From assembly GCA_965197475.1 (NCBI GenBank), contig CBDANF010000003.1, positions 2,784,001 through 2,848,000 on the forward strand: 64,000 bases of DNA. The letters are read 5' to 3'. Below are positions 30,319-39,981 of the stretch, one piece after another. The stretch is from Candidatus Poribacteria bacterium (GTDB lineage: Bacteria; Poribacteria; WGA-4E; WGA-3G). The position numbers and the translations under genes were made by a program. Each line of letters begins with the position of its first letter. The first letter of the stretch is position 1. The notes under the pieces were generated by a model. It was not told where the DNA came from and did not search any database. It saw nothing but the letters and a program-made list of their open reading frames with translations.

Positions 30319-30726
30319 TCAAGATTCGCTGAAAACTTCCATTCCTGCTGAACCATCCGCAATTTGCCGAATCTGCTTCTCAAAACCGGGCGGCGAAAGC
30401 GTCCATGTTATCCAGAGCGGTTCATCGCCAGTATTGACGAAGCGATGTTCAACGTTTGGTGGAATATAAATTACCGCGCCGACTTTTAAGTCAGCAACCT
30501 CATTATCAACGAACGCCTTCCCTTTCCCGCCGAACACAAAAATAATTTCCTCTGCTTCGCTGTGTGAATGCATCGGAATCTCGCTATTCGGATCAATTTC
30601 CTCTAATCCCATCGCAAAATGCTCTGTATTCCGGGTATTCGGTTCAATGAGCGTATATAGTGTTCTTGGCGCATCGCCTTCGATCCGGACCACTTCGGCA
30701 TCCTCTTTGTGGTAAATATATTTCAT
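30319..30726 (-). CDS. Cupin domain protein
   Basis: PMHSHSEAEEII...IYIPPNVEH. Confidence 0.88.
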   Translation of the reverse strand: MKYIYHKEDAEVVRIEGDAPRTLYTLIEPNTRNTEHFAMGLEEIDPNSEIPMHSHSEAEEIIFVFGGKGKAFVDNEVADLKVGAVIYIPPNVEHRFVNTGDEPLWITWTLSPPGFEKQIRQIADGSAGMEVFSES

Positions 30727-30937
30727 AGTTTTCCCCTTCCGCTGTGCTAAATACATCATAATGAACAACACTATTAATGGTAATAAATTTGGGTTACTAT
30801 AGCACAATATAACTTATTTTTCATAAATCCTATAAAAAAAATGAAAAAAATTTAGAATTTTATGAGAGGTTCACCCACAATTCGCATTCATTAAGTTCAA
30901 AGACACAAAATCCTCATCGGCAGACAAAGGGCTGCCC

Positions 30938-31645
30938 ATGAATGACAACGTAAAATTGTGGAATGATGAACAACATCAAGCACGGAATGCGGAATTAGTT
31001 TACCAAATTCTTCAATCTAACGATAAAGAGGTTATTGATTTTGCTACGACTGAGTTTTATACGTTAAATAGTCAGATCATCTATAATTTTATCCTCAAGA
31101 GATTAAGAGATGCAGGAAATAGGTGTGATGCTGAGGAACTTACCAACGACACGTTCCAAAGAACATTTGAGTACCTGCATACAGTCAAAGAACCAGAGAG
31201 GGTTTTGAATTGGATGTACACTGTAGCCAGACAACGTGTAGCAGCGTGGTATAGAGAGAAAGAGAACAAGCAACGCTTACAGTCGCAATCCTTTTCTGAT
31301 GTTTCTGAATTTGACATGGGTAATGTATCTATCAGTGCACACCAAGAGGCACAAGAGCGAGAAATGGACGAGATCCGACGCGAAAAACAACTACAGGCAA
31401 TTGAACAATTGCCTGTATTAGATCGGCGGATCCTCTACATGCGACTTGAAGATAAAAGTTATGAGGAAATTTACGCAGAATTACGCGACGCTTTTCCTTC
31501 GTTGAAGCCTTCCTCCGTGCGGAATCGCGTATCTCGGGCAAAGAAAATTTTAAGGAAATGGATGGCAGCTTGGGAAGAAGCGGACGCTGAAGGATATGAC
31601 CTGGAATTCTCCGAGTTTACGGAAAATCAACAGAAAAAGAAGTAG
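30938..31645 (+). CDS. ECF RNA polymerase sigma factor
   Basis: DAEELTNDTF, NWMYTVAR, region 4 SYEEI...VRNRVSRAKK. Confidence 0.88.
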   Translation: MNDNVKLWNDEQHQARNAELVYQILQSNDKEVIDFATTEFYTLNSQIIYNFILKRLRDAGNRCDAEELTNDTFQRTFEYLHTVKEPERVLNWMYTVARQRVAAWYREKENKQRLQSQSFSDVSEFDMGNVSISAHQEAQEREMDEIRREKQLQAIEQLPVLDRRILYMRLEDKSYEEIYAELRDAFPSLKPSSVRNRVSRAKKILRKWMAAWEEADAEGYDLEFSEFTENQQKKK

Positions 31646-31786
31646 TTTTACTATTTGGTTGATTTTAACTTCAGAAAAAGTGTATAATTGAGGCAATTAT
31701 TGCCTCCTGAAATGCCCGCGGTTCTTTTTCACCCACAGAAAAGAGGGCAAGTCCAATTTGAACGAATTAACATAAGGAGGTGGACA

Positions 31787-31830
31787 ATGAAACATCTCAA
31801 ACAGCAACGTTGGGACCAGGTAATGATTTA
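31787..31830 (+). pseudogene. Gene start truncated by the IS1595
   Basis: RBS TAAGGAGGT then ATG (MKHLKQQRWDQVMI), ending at the IS left TIR. Confidence 0.55.
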
Positions 31831-31902
31831 CGCAATGAGTAGTTTTGGACTTGAGAAAAATTTTAAAAAATCGCTATAAAGCCTTGTGTCCACTGGGTTT
31901 AT

Positions 31903-32715
31903 CGGTGGCGAGGTAAACCTGTGTGTCCGCATTGTGAAAGCGATCATATAGGAGAACGGACAGAAACAGAAATCGGTCGTATCGGTCGTTGGAACTGCCA
32001 CGAGTGCCAAGTGAGTTTCAAGGTGACGTGCAGGTCGGTGTTTCACGGGACAAAGATAGCGTTACAGAAGTGGTTTTTGGCTATTTCGTTGATAACGAAT
32101 GCGAAGAAAAGTTTGTCAAGTCATCAACTTGCGCGCGATTTAGACTTGAATCAAAAGACAGCATGGTATATCATGACTCGTATCCGTGCTGAAATGGCAA
32201 AGAAAGGTAACGTGCTACTACAAGGCATCATAGAGGCAGATGAAACTTACATCGGGGGTAAACCTCGTAAGCCTAATAAGAAGGAAGACCACGTGCCTGC
32301 CAAGCGTGGACGTGGAACAGAGAAAGACGCTATTATCGGGGCAGTACAGCGGGGCGGGAAAGTTGTAGCACAACTCGCTAAAGATTTGACAGGACGGACT
32401 ATTTTAGACTTTATCCGAAGAGTCGTCAAAGTTGAGGATTCGGAGTTGATGACCGATGAGTATAAGGCGTATCTCGCTATCGGCAAGGAGATGAAACACC
32501 ATATCATAGATCATCAAACGCAATTTGTTGAGGGTGATGTCCACACAAACACAATTGAGGGGTTTTGGAGTCTACTCAAACGAGCTTGGTATGGAAGTCA
32601 TCACCACTACTGGACTAAATATACGCCCCTGTATGTAGCAGAGGCGTGCTATAAATACAACTATAGGAGCATTGACAGTATCTTTGATAAGTTTGTTAAT
32701 GAAAGTATGCGGTGA
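31903..32715 (+). pseudogene. IS1595 transposase lacking about 23 N-terminal codons and its leader
   Basis: Highly similar to 2775-3659 from RWRG.P.CPHC onward; about 235 bp missing relative to copy 1. Confidence 0.85.
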
Positions 32716-32724
32716 TGGACACAA

Positions 32725-32997
32725 CTAAAGGTATGCCTTATCAATCTTGTTCTTTTTGTCATCAGGATTTGAGGGAAAATGCTGTGGAAGTTCAAAAGTT
32801 GGCTTTCCATCTTTCAGAGCATCGATCATGTCAAGAGCAAATTCCAACCTCTCATTGTCCGTGTCAAAAGGTTTCTGAATCACTACGCGAAAATTTGTAT
32901 CAAGTTTTACAAGGGCGAGTTCTACAAAACTCTCTGTATGTAAGGCTAAAAGTGAAAAATCAACAGGATCGGAAGGCGGCTTGAATATTACCCACAT
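32725..32997 (-). CDS. Conserved IS passenger protein (90 aa)
   Basis: RBS AAAGGAG; ALKDGKPTFELP...YL homologous to 3666-4001. Confidence 0.7.
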   Translation of the reverse strand: MWVIFKPPSDPVDFSLLALHTESFVELALVKLDTNFRVVIQKPFDTDNERLEFALDMIDALKDGKPTFELPQHFPSNPDDKKNKIDKAYL

Positions 32998-33053
32998 GGG
33001 TTTAGTCTCCTTTGGGGTTAGAGGGGACAGAGTCCCCTCGTTGGTTGGAATTG

Positions 33054-33443
33054 CTAATACCCGTATGGAGAATCAGCAGCTGAAATTAAAATTATCCAAA
33101 GTCCCACCATAGTGCCAGTTCCAATAACACATCCTATTGTAGCATGTGTTATTTGGTCGTTTTTCACAAGTTTTTGATAAATGCTTGTGTAATAAGCAAC
33201 ATATTCTGGTGATTTTCCAAGCAATTTTTCTGGTAGTACCGTTGGTGTGACAACATACGCAATTAACATACCGGTAACACCAAGTAGACAACCAACAGTT
33301 CCCCATATTTGAGTGTTTGCAAGTGTTGCATCACGTCGTGCATCAAATATTGCTTGCGCAGCATCACTTGTTTGTTGTGCAAGTGTGAGATATGGCGTAG
33401 TGAATAACATCACAACCATTATAAACGACAAAGTTTTCATCAA
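33054..33443 (-). CDS. Secreted/membrane IS cargo protein
   Basis: Signal peptide (..TLAQQ) and two TM segments; RBS AAAGGA. Confidence 0.75.
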   Translation of the reverse strand: MMKTLSFIMVVMLFTTPYLTLAQQTSDAAQAIFDARRDATLANTQIWGTVGCLLGVTGMLIAYVVTPTVLPEKLLGKSPEYVAYYTSIYQKLVKNDQITHATIGCVIGTGTMVGLWIILISAADSPYGY

Positions 33444-33510
33444 TGTTCCTTTTGTGAGGTAAAATGTGTATGTAGGGGATCAAAAGACCCCCTACATGTT
33501 TGCAAGCGGA

Positions 33511-33642
33511 TTATTTACACCGCTTGTGAGGTTTGACAGTTTCTTTCACCGTTGTGGCGGGACGGCGTTTGTCCGTGCCTTTGGGAAGGAACCGTCCGTC
33601 TTTGGCATCGCGTACACGCGTGCCAGTGGCTTTTTTAGCCAT
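33511..33642 (-). CDS. 43-aa basic peptide, IS cargo
   Basis: RBS GAGGT; MAKKATGTRVRDAKDGRFLPKGTDKRRPATTVKETVK. Confidence 0.65.
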   Translation of the reverse strand: MAKKATGTRVRDAKDGRFLPKGTDKRRPATTVKETVKPHKRCK

Positions 33643-33749
33643 AGTATACCTCACTTTGCTTGAGATAAATTGGTGCATAGCGTATTTCCAGTGCGTTATG
33701 CACTGTTCAAGCATATAAAATTGATACGTTAAACGGGTATCGTTCGTAG

Positions 33750-33827
33750 GTTCGTTTACACCTTTCTATGGGTGAGGGCAGGACACAACACAAGGAGTGT
33801 TGCGATAGAAATCCTGCCCAACGAACT
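33750..33827 (-). ncRNA. Structured RNA (three-way junction with bulge-loop kissing), copy 2
   Basis: P1 GTTCGTT/AACGAAC; P2 GGGCAGGA/TCCTGCCC; bulge TTTCTAT; P3 CGCAACAC/GTGTTGTG; P4 CACC/GGTG with loop CATAGAAA. Confidence 0.75.
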
Positions 33828-33834
33828 TGAGAAT

Positions 33835-33864
33835 AGTATAACATGGAAAGAATTTGAGTGTCAA
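33835..33864 (-). promoter_or_regulatory. Inward-facing sigma70 promoter in the IS right end
   Basis: TTGACA-N18-TATACT with extended -10 TG. Confidence 0.8.
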
Positions 33865-33910
33865 GTGAAAAATTTGAGAAAAAATTTCAAGTCCAAAACT
33901 ACTCATTGCG

Positions 33911-34353
33911 AAAAGAAATGTCATACAGTGAAAAATAATTTGATTATCAATGAGACCTGCAAAGTTGTCCTATTGACACCCTCTTTTGAAGGAAGACACC
34001 ATGACAAACACATAGCCGATATGGTGGGCTATTGTGTGCCACAGGGTAGCACATTGTCCCAAGATACCGGTTTTCAGGGTTTCGTTCTCCCGGATATAAA
34101 CATCATTCAACCGAAGAAAAAACCGAGAGGTAGAGAACGGACGAATGAAGAAAAAGAAAACAATAGAAAGATAGCGTCTATACGCATACGCGTTGAACAT
34201 GCGATTAGTGGTGTCAAAAGATGCCGCATTGTCAAAGATAAACTCAGGAATTGGAAGAAAGGGTTTTGTGATTTAGTTATGGAAACCTGTTGTGGTTTAC
34301 ACAATTTTCGCCTAAACTTCAGACCCTGGCGTTATGAAACTCCTTCTATTTAA
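33911..34353 (+). pseudogene. IS5-family (DDE_Tnp_4) transposase, C-terminal remnant
   Basis: KKCHTVKN, GRHHDK, QDTGFQG, PKKKPRG, RIRVEHAISGVKR; begins at the IS1595 right TIR. Confidence 0.88.
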
Positions 34354-34602
34354 TTCATTATAATGTCTATTATAATGTCTAATGTATACATTATACTTCA
34401 AGTTTCAGAAAATGTAAAATTTTTCTAAAAAAATCACACAATTTTTAAATATTCCGCATTTTTCAAATTTTACTACAGTATGACAACTTCGGCACCTAAT
34501 GTCAAAATCTATTCATACCCTCTTTTTGAGGAATGGGTTCCCGACAAATGCCGTAAACCCATTCAACGTTGATTCACTACGTGCTTATTTTACTTCCGAA
34601 CA

Positions 34603-36153
34603 TTAATCTAAAAACAATTCTTCACCGTTTGCGGCAAAAATTCGATAGTCTTCAAGGTGAAGGTCTGCATCAGTCTCAAGCGTCAATTCCAGTTTCAGTG
34701 TCCGCTTAAGTTCACGCAATTTAGCAGACATCTGCGCGTTGACATGTGAGATGATGTGATCATTCGCGATAATTCGCAGTTTAGACTGCTGAGTATGGTT
34801 ATATGCTGTCTTGATTGCACGGAACAATCTAATCACAACGGTTTCAATTGACAGAATAGTCCCATGCCCTTCACAGTAAGGGCACTGCTCTGTAAGCAAA
34901 GTAGATAGGCTGGGACGGGTGCGTTGACGGGTCATCTCCACTAATCCTAAATCCGAAAAATGGAGAATATTGGTGCGCGCCTTGTCTTTTCGCAGTGCCT
35001 CCTGAAGTATTTTGAAAACCTGTTTCCGGTGAGATGGTTCGTCCATGTCAATGAAGTCAACAACGATAATTCCACCTAAGTCTCTCAATTGAATTTGTCG
35101 GACAACTTCATCAACAGCTTCAAGATTCGCGCTTAAAATAGTATTATCCGGATCAGATTTTCCGACGAATCGTCCTGTGTTGACATCAATCGAGACCATC
35201 GCTTCTGTTTGCTGGATGATGATGTGTCCACCACACTTGAGCCAAATTTTTTCGCTAAGTGCTCTTTGCAGTTCTTCCTCTACTCCATAAGCTTCAAAAA
35301 GAGCGGAGTCTTTTTTGTAAAGGGATATCCGATCCAGCATATTTGGCATTACAGAGGTTACATAATCAATTGTTTCTTTATAACCAGATTGCGAATCGAT
35401 CAGAAGTTTTTTAACATCTTTGGTAAGCATATCGCGAACAATCTGATTCGTGAAACTCACGTCTCTTCTAACCAAACTCGGTGCGGTTTTCCGTTTAGCA
35501 CGCTCGCGCGCTTGTTTCCACTGATTGATTAGATAGCGGATTTCAGCGGCAAATTCTTCCTCACTCAAACCTTCGGAGGCTGTCCGAATAATAAAACCCC
35601 CCTCAACGTCTGCTTTCAAGTTTTGTGCTAAGTCACGCAATCGGTCACGCTCGCTTTCAGATTCAAGCCGTCGCGAAACCCCGATCGTGGATGAGTTCGG
35701 CAGATAGACAACATAACGTCCTGGCAGTGTGATATTGCTCGTAACACGTGCGCCTTTATTGCCTATCGGCTCCTTCCCGACTTGCACAAGAAGTTCCTGA
35801 TTCTTTGAAATGAGATCAGTTATAAGATATGGAAATCCTCTGCCGCCACGCGACTTTTTTGACGGTGTTGCTTGCAAATCTAAAGTTGGTAACCCATCAT
35901 TCGATTTTCCGTTCTCAGTACCATTGTTATATTTCAGATCTGAGATGTGTAGAAAAGCATGTCGTTCTAAACCTATATCAACAAAAGCTACCTGCATACC
36001 TGGTAACACATTCTCAACACGTCCTTTATATAGGTTACCTAAGACAGGTTTTACCGCTTTTCGCTTAATGCGAATTTCATTTAGTATTCCTTTCTCAAGA
36101 ACTGCACAGCGCGTTTCGTACTCATCGTCAGAAATAAGTATCTCCTTTTCCAT
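34603..36153 (-). CDS. rng: Ribonuclease G/E family
   Basis: GNLYKGRV S1 domain, AFVDIG, IDVNTG, LRDLGGIIVVDFIDM, CPYCEG. Confidence 0.95.
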   Translation of the reverse strand: MEKEILISDDEYETRCAVLEKGILNEIRIKRKAVKPVLGNLYKGRVENVLPGMQVAFVDIGLERHAFLHISDLKYNNGTENGKSNDGLPTLDLQATPSKKSRGGRGFPYLITDLISKNQELLVQVGKEPIGNKGARVTSNITLPGRYVVYLPNSSTIGVSRRLESESERDRLRDLAQNLKADVEGGFIIRTASEGLSEEEFAAEIRYLINQWKQARERAKRKTAPSLVRRDVSFTNQIVRDMLTKDVKKLLIDSQSGYKETIDYVTSVMPNMLDRISLYKKDSALFEAYGVEEELQRALSEKIWLKCGGHIIIQQTEAMVSIDVNTGRFVGKSDPDNTILSANLEAVDEVVRQIQLRDLGGIIVVDFIDMDEPSHRKQVFKILQEALRKDKARTNILHFSDLGLVEMTRQRTRPSLSTLLTEQCPYCEGHGTILSIETVVIRLFRAIKTAYNHTQQSKLRIIANDHIISHVNAQMSAKLRELKRTLKLELTLETDADLHLEDYRIFAANGEELFLD

Positions 36154-36408
36154 TATTAGCGTTTCCTCCTATCATGCCTTTTTTTGAAAAGACATCTCGG
36201 TTAGTTAATTCGTTCATCTCAAAAAGCGGCAGCTTTGAAAAAGAATGATTCCGCGGGTTCAATTTCAGTGAAATGGTGGATTTAGAACGTATTGAATCCT
36301 CAAGGCGGGAGCATCGTTGCGTATTATGAAAGAGAGCAATATAATTTTCCATAGTCTTTCTCTTCCTAAAAAAGTCAATTTCAGGTGGGTGTCCTTGTGT
36401 TTAGATGA

Positions 36409-37983
36409 CTACCCGTTCCGCGGTGTCAACGTCACAACAGGTAATATCAGTTCTCCCATCGAAATGCCACCATGTTGGAAACCGCCCTGAAACTGCCGCT
36501 TGTATTTGTAAAATTCGTTTGGATAGACGAAATAATAATCGTCTTTAGCGAGAATATAATCCTTGCTGGTGGTCTCGGCGGGTAACCGATATTCCTGCGG
36601 GTTAGGAATGTACACAGCTTGGTTATCATCGCATTGTAAATTGTTCCCAATTTTAAATCGGAGGCTTGTGGTAGTATCTCGATTGCCATAAGCGCGAGTT
36701 GCGCGGTTACAGAATTCTGAACCGTGGTCTGTAGTGAGCACAACGTGTACTCCGTGGTCCGCTATCAGGCGTAAGATATCAAACAGTGCCGAATGTGCGA
36801 ACCAGGAGCGAGCTAATGCTCGAAAAGCTGGTTCGTCCGGTGCGAGTTGTTGCAATACTTCGGATTGTGAACGCTGATGCGTTAAGATATCAATGAAGTT
36901 TACAACTAATGCAGATAAATTCACTCGTGTGGCTGCGGCGACACGCTTTTTATATTCACTTCCTCCGCGTAGATCAAAAATCTTGAAATATTGGACTCCA
37001 GGTTTGATCCTGATTCCCTTTCTTTTTAAGTACTCTTCAAGTAGTTGTCGTTCAAACTGGTTTGTACTGGTGCCCCCATCCGATTTTTCCTGCCAATATT
37101 GTGGATAGTCTTTTGCCAATTCTGCTGGAAACAACCCGCTAAATAGTGCGTTCCGAGAGTACATCGTTGCACTTGGCAAAATAGAAAAACTATACTTTAG
37201 ATCGATAGAGAAATATGGGTACAACAGTGGCTCTATCGCCATCCAATGGTCAAGCCGAAAACAGTCTACGACAATAAAGTAGATTGGAATTTTCGCTTGC
37301 AGTAGCGGCATCACATGCTGGTCTAATACGTCAACTGACAATGGAGGTCTGTCTTGACTTCCGTTTACCCAATTGGGATAATTTTCCGCCACAAAATTGG
37401 AAAATTCAGTATTGCACTCCTTTTTCTGCTCTAAGTGCGTCTCTTCTAAGCCCTGTTTTGCCAATTGATCAGATAGCAGATCCCATTCCAGTAATTTGAC
37501 GTAAATATCAATCCAATCTTGCCAGTTCGGTTTTGATGCTTTCAGTGTGCTAATCGTATTAAAGTCATTGGTGTAGCGACTCGGTATTTGGGTTTCCACT
37601 ATCTGTCGTTGTTCAAGTATCCGTTTAAGGGTAGAAGCGATCTGTGCGACACCAATTGGCTTTACCAAAAAATCTGTCACCTGTTTTCCAAGGGCGACAT
37701 CAACAAATTTATCATCACTAGACTGTGTCACAAGAATGACAGGGATTTGCGCGTTAATAGTTCGAATTGCATCTAAGGTTGCCATGCCATCTTTTCCGGG
37801 CATAACTTGGTCAAGCAGGATAGCATCGTATTGCGTATCGTTTTGCTTTAGGAGCTCAATCCCGTCTTCACCGTTAGTGGCAGGCATGACATCATATCCG
37901 CGGGTTTCAAGGAAACGTCTATGGGGCAGCAATGCCTCTATTTCATCGTCTATCCATAGGATTTTATGTAATTTTTGTGGCAT
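36409..37983 (-). CDS. PorX-like response regulator with PglZ phosphatase domain
   Basis: Receiver ILWIDDE..LLDQVMPGKDG; VVDCFRLD, SILPSATMYSRN, TTDHG, FQHGGIS. Confidence 0.88.
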   Translation of the reverse strand: MPQKLHKILWIDDEIEALLPHRRFLETRGYDVMPATNGEDGIELLKQNDTQYDAILLDQVMPGKDGMATLDAIRTINAQIPVILVTQSSDDKFVDVALGKQVTDFLVKPIGVAQIASTLKRILEQRQIVETQIPSRYTNDFNTISTLKASKPNWQDWIDIYVKLLEWDLLSDQLAKQGLEETHLEQKKECNTEFSNFVAENYPNWVNGSQDRPPLSVDVLDQHVMPLLQAKIPIYFIVVDCFRLDHWMAIEPLLYPYFSIDLKYSFSILPSATMYSRNALFSGLFPAELAKDYPQYWQEKSDGGTSTNQFERQLLEEYLKRKGIRIKPGVQYFKIFDLRGGSEYKKRVAAATRVNLSALVVNFIDILTHQRSQSEVLQQLAPDEPAFRALARSWFAHSALFDILRLIADHGVHVVLTTDHGSEFCNRATRAYGNRDTTTSLRFKIGNNLQCDDNQAVYIPNPQEYRLPAETTSKDYILAKDDYYFVYPNEFYKYKRQFQGGFQHGGISMGELILPVVTLTPRNG

Positions 37984-38003
37984 ATTGTTTCCTTGAAAAT
38001 ACG

Positions 38004-39488
38004 TTAAGAGACAGTACACGGTAATCGAATTTCAAAAGTTGTCCCAGCAGGACTGCTTTCAACTAACCGAATGCTTCCGTGATGATAATCCCTAATAATT
38101 CGTTGGACAATTGTCAATCCAAGTCCCCATCCGTGCGTTTTTGTCGTCATTCCCGGTTCAAATATTGCGCGTTGATTTTCGCTGGGGATGCCGCTGCCGT
38201 TATCTGAGTATCGGATTACAACATGTTTTTGGCGGTCATCATAGAGTGGCTCAATTTCGATATGTCCTACTTCTTTATGCATGGCATCCAGCGAATTGCG
38301 AATTAAGTTTTCAAAAACCCATTGTAGCAGATGTGCATTCGCAGAAATTTCGGGTACATCATGAGGCGTAACGCTTATATCAACGCTACGACTAATCTGA
38401 GGCAGCCTCGTTTCAAAATATGTAAGGACCTCCGCAAGTACCTCTTCAAGTTTGGTCTCGGTTCTGGTTGGCTCCGTTCCGATCATTCCAAACCGAGTGG
38501 TTGTTTTCTGTAGTCGTTCAAGATCACCCTGCATATTTGTTGAGAGTTCAGCCAGGATTTTATCCCGTGTTTCCTGACTCCGTTCATCTAATAACTCGGT
38601 CCATGCTAACAAAGCAGAAATAGGAGTGCCGAGTTGATGCGCTGTTTCTTTTGCTAATCCTCCCCAAATCGCCGCATGTTCATAAGATTTTATCCACCGA
38701 TAGATCAGAATAGAACCAAACCCGAAGAGTGACAAAACAGTACACAACACAATAGGTGTCACTAATAACCCGTAAAACGATTTTATTTCGTAATAAAAGT
38801 AACCCTCTTGCCAATCAGGTGTTGTTTGAAGGGCAGCGAAAGCTGGCGTATTTTGAACGAAGATTTTTGCGCGTTCTTTTTCCGCCGGTGTCGCATTCTC
38901 AGCAGTAATAACATCGTTCCACATCTGCCATTTTTGTGGTACTCTTTCAGTATCAGTTATTGCAAAAGGAAGTTGTGCCATTTCACTTGGTGCCGCATCC
39001 CCGTAATAGAAATATCCGGCAATCTGTCTATCTTCTTGCAGAAAAGGTATTTTTCGCGGCTGATTCTTGCTTTTCATCCGCGCTAACGTCGACATTAAAA
39101 GTGTTTGCTCCTCTTTTGTTAACGAAACGGTGTCATATTCGTTGACTTTCTCATCTAATTTTGTGTCGATTCCTTGCGAAATTTCAACGTTTCCCTCAGC
39201 ATCAGTTATAATAAATGAAAATCGACGCGACCTATTTTCAGCATAAAGTTCCTGCCGCATCACCGTAAGCAGCCGTTCTTGCAGTGCACGGTCTTCAATG
39301 CTTGGCAATTCAGCGGCGAGGTTTACAAATATTTCTATCTGGTCCTCTATATCAGCATTCAAATGAGAAATTTGGCGCGTATAATACGCAAACACAAAAA
39401 TCAATATGCATACGCCGACACCGAAATAGATGAGCATTAACCGACCAGTTGGATAAGTAGAAGTAATACTACGGCTCCACCTCAACAT
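38004..39488 (-). CDS. Sensor histidine kinase
   Basis: Two TM segments, AKETAHQLGTP H-box, ENLIRNSLDA, DNGSG, GWGLGL. Confidence 0.93.
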   Translation of the reverse strand: MLRWSRSITSTYPTGRLMLIYFGVGVCILIFVFAYYTRQISHLNADIEDQIEIFVNLAAELPSIEDRALQERLLTVMRQELYAENRSRRFSFIITDAEGNVEISQGIDTKLDEKVNEYDTVSLTKEEQTLLMSTLARMKSKNQPRKIPFLQEDRQIAGYFYYGDAAPSEMAQLPFAITDTERVPQKWQMWNDVITAENATPAEKERAKIFVQNTPAFAALQTTPDWQEGYFYYEIKSFYGLLVTPIVLCTVLSLFGFGSILIYRWIKSYEHAAIWGGLAKETAHQLGTPISALLAWTELLDERSQETRDKILAELSTNMQGDLERLQKTTTRFGMIGTEPTRTETKLEEVLAEVLTYFETRLPQISRSVDISVTPHDVPEISANAHLLQWVFENLIRNSLDAMHKEVGHIEIEPLYDDRQKHVVIRYSDNGSGIPSENQRAIFEPGMTTKTHGWGLGLTIVQRIIRDYHHGSIRLVESSPAGTTFEIRLPCTVS

Positions 39489-39723
39489 AACGACCTCTGG
39501 GCAAATTTTTTTGCTTCAACATATCGGCATATTAATATTATATCCTAAATGATTTGATATTTCAAGTAAGTTTGCGTATTTGGTTTCTGTTGTTGGTTAA
39601 AGCAATCAACACCGAGTGCGCGCATCGCATTCGGTGTGTAATTGGATAATGTGCGGTTTTTTATTATCTGAACGACTGAACTTTGAGTGCATGCATGGCC
39701 CTCAACGCTATTTCGGGATGGTG

Positions 39724-39981
39724 CTAATACACGCTGCTACGGTGTCCAACTCGATGAACAACTATTTCTTGCATCCGCTTATCAAACGTATAGAGGATTC
39801 GGTAATCCTTAGCCACCTTTAAACTGAATTTTCCGCTATGTGGACCTTTCAGTCCCTTATGTGGATAATCATCGCAAATTTGGCATAATCGTTCCAGTTT
39901 GTTGAGTATACGTGCGTGGATTGGCGTGCTCAAACGCCGTAAATCTGATTCAGCGCGTGGTTTTATTACTAATCTGTACAT
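39724..39981 (-). CDS. RelE/ParE family toxin
   Basis: KPRAESDLRRL..DYRILY..VHRVGHRSSVY. Confidence 0.88.
   Translation of the reverse strand: MYRLVIKPRAESDLRRLSTPIHARILNKLERLCQICDDYPHKGLKGPHSGKFSLKVAKDYRILYTFDKRMQEIVVHRVGHRSSVY

Larger units (their letters stand above)
31831..33910 (+). mobile_element. IS1595-family cargo-carrying element, copy 2 (left-end internal deletion)
   Basis: 24-bp TIR CGCAATGAGTAGTTTTGGACTTGA / TCAAGTCCAAAACTACTCATTGCG; no TSD. Confidence 0.92.

Noticed and set aside
31688-31879. 63-aa ORF
   Set aside because: Chimera of a truncated gene start and the IS left end
33772-33910. N-terminal part of the 193-aa ORF 33772-34353
   Set aside because: Chance read-through across the RNA, promoter and TIR into the IS5 remnant
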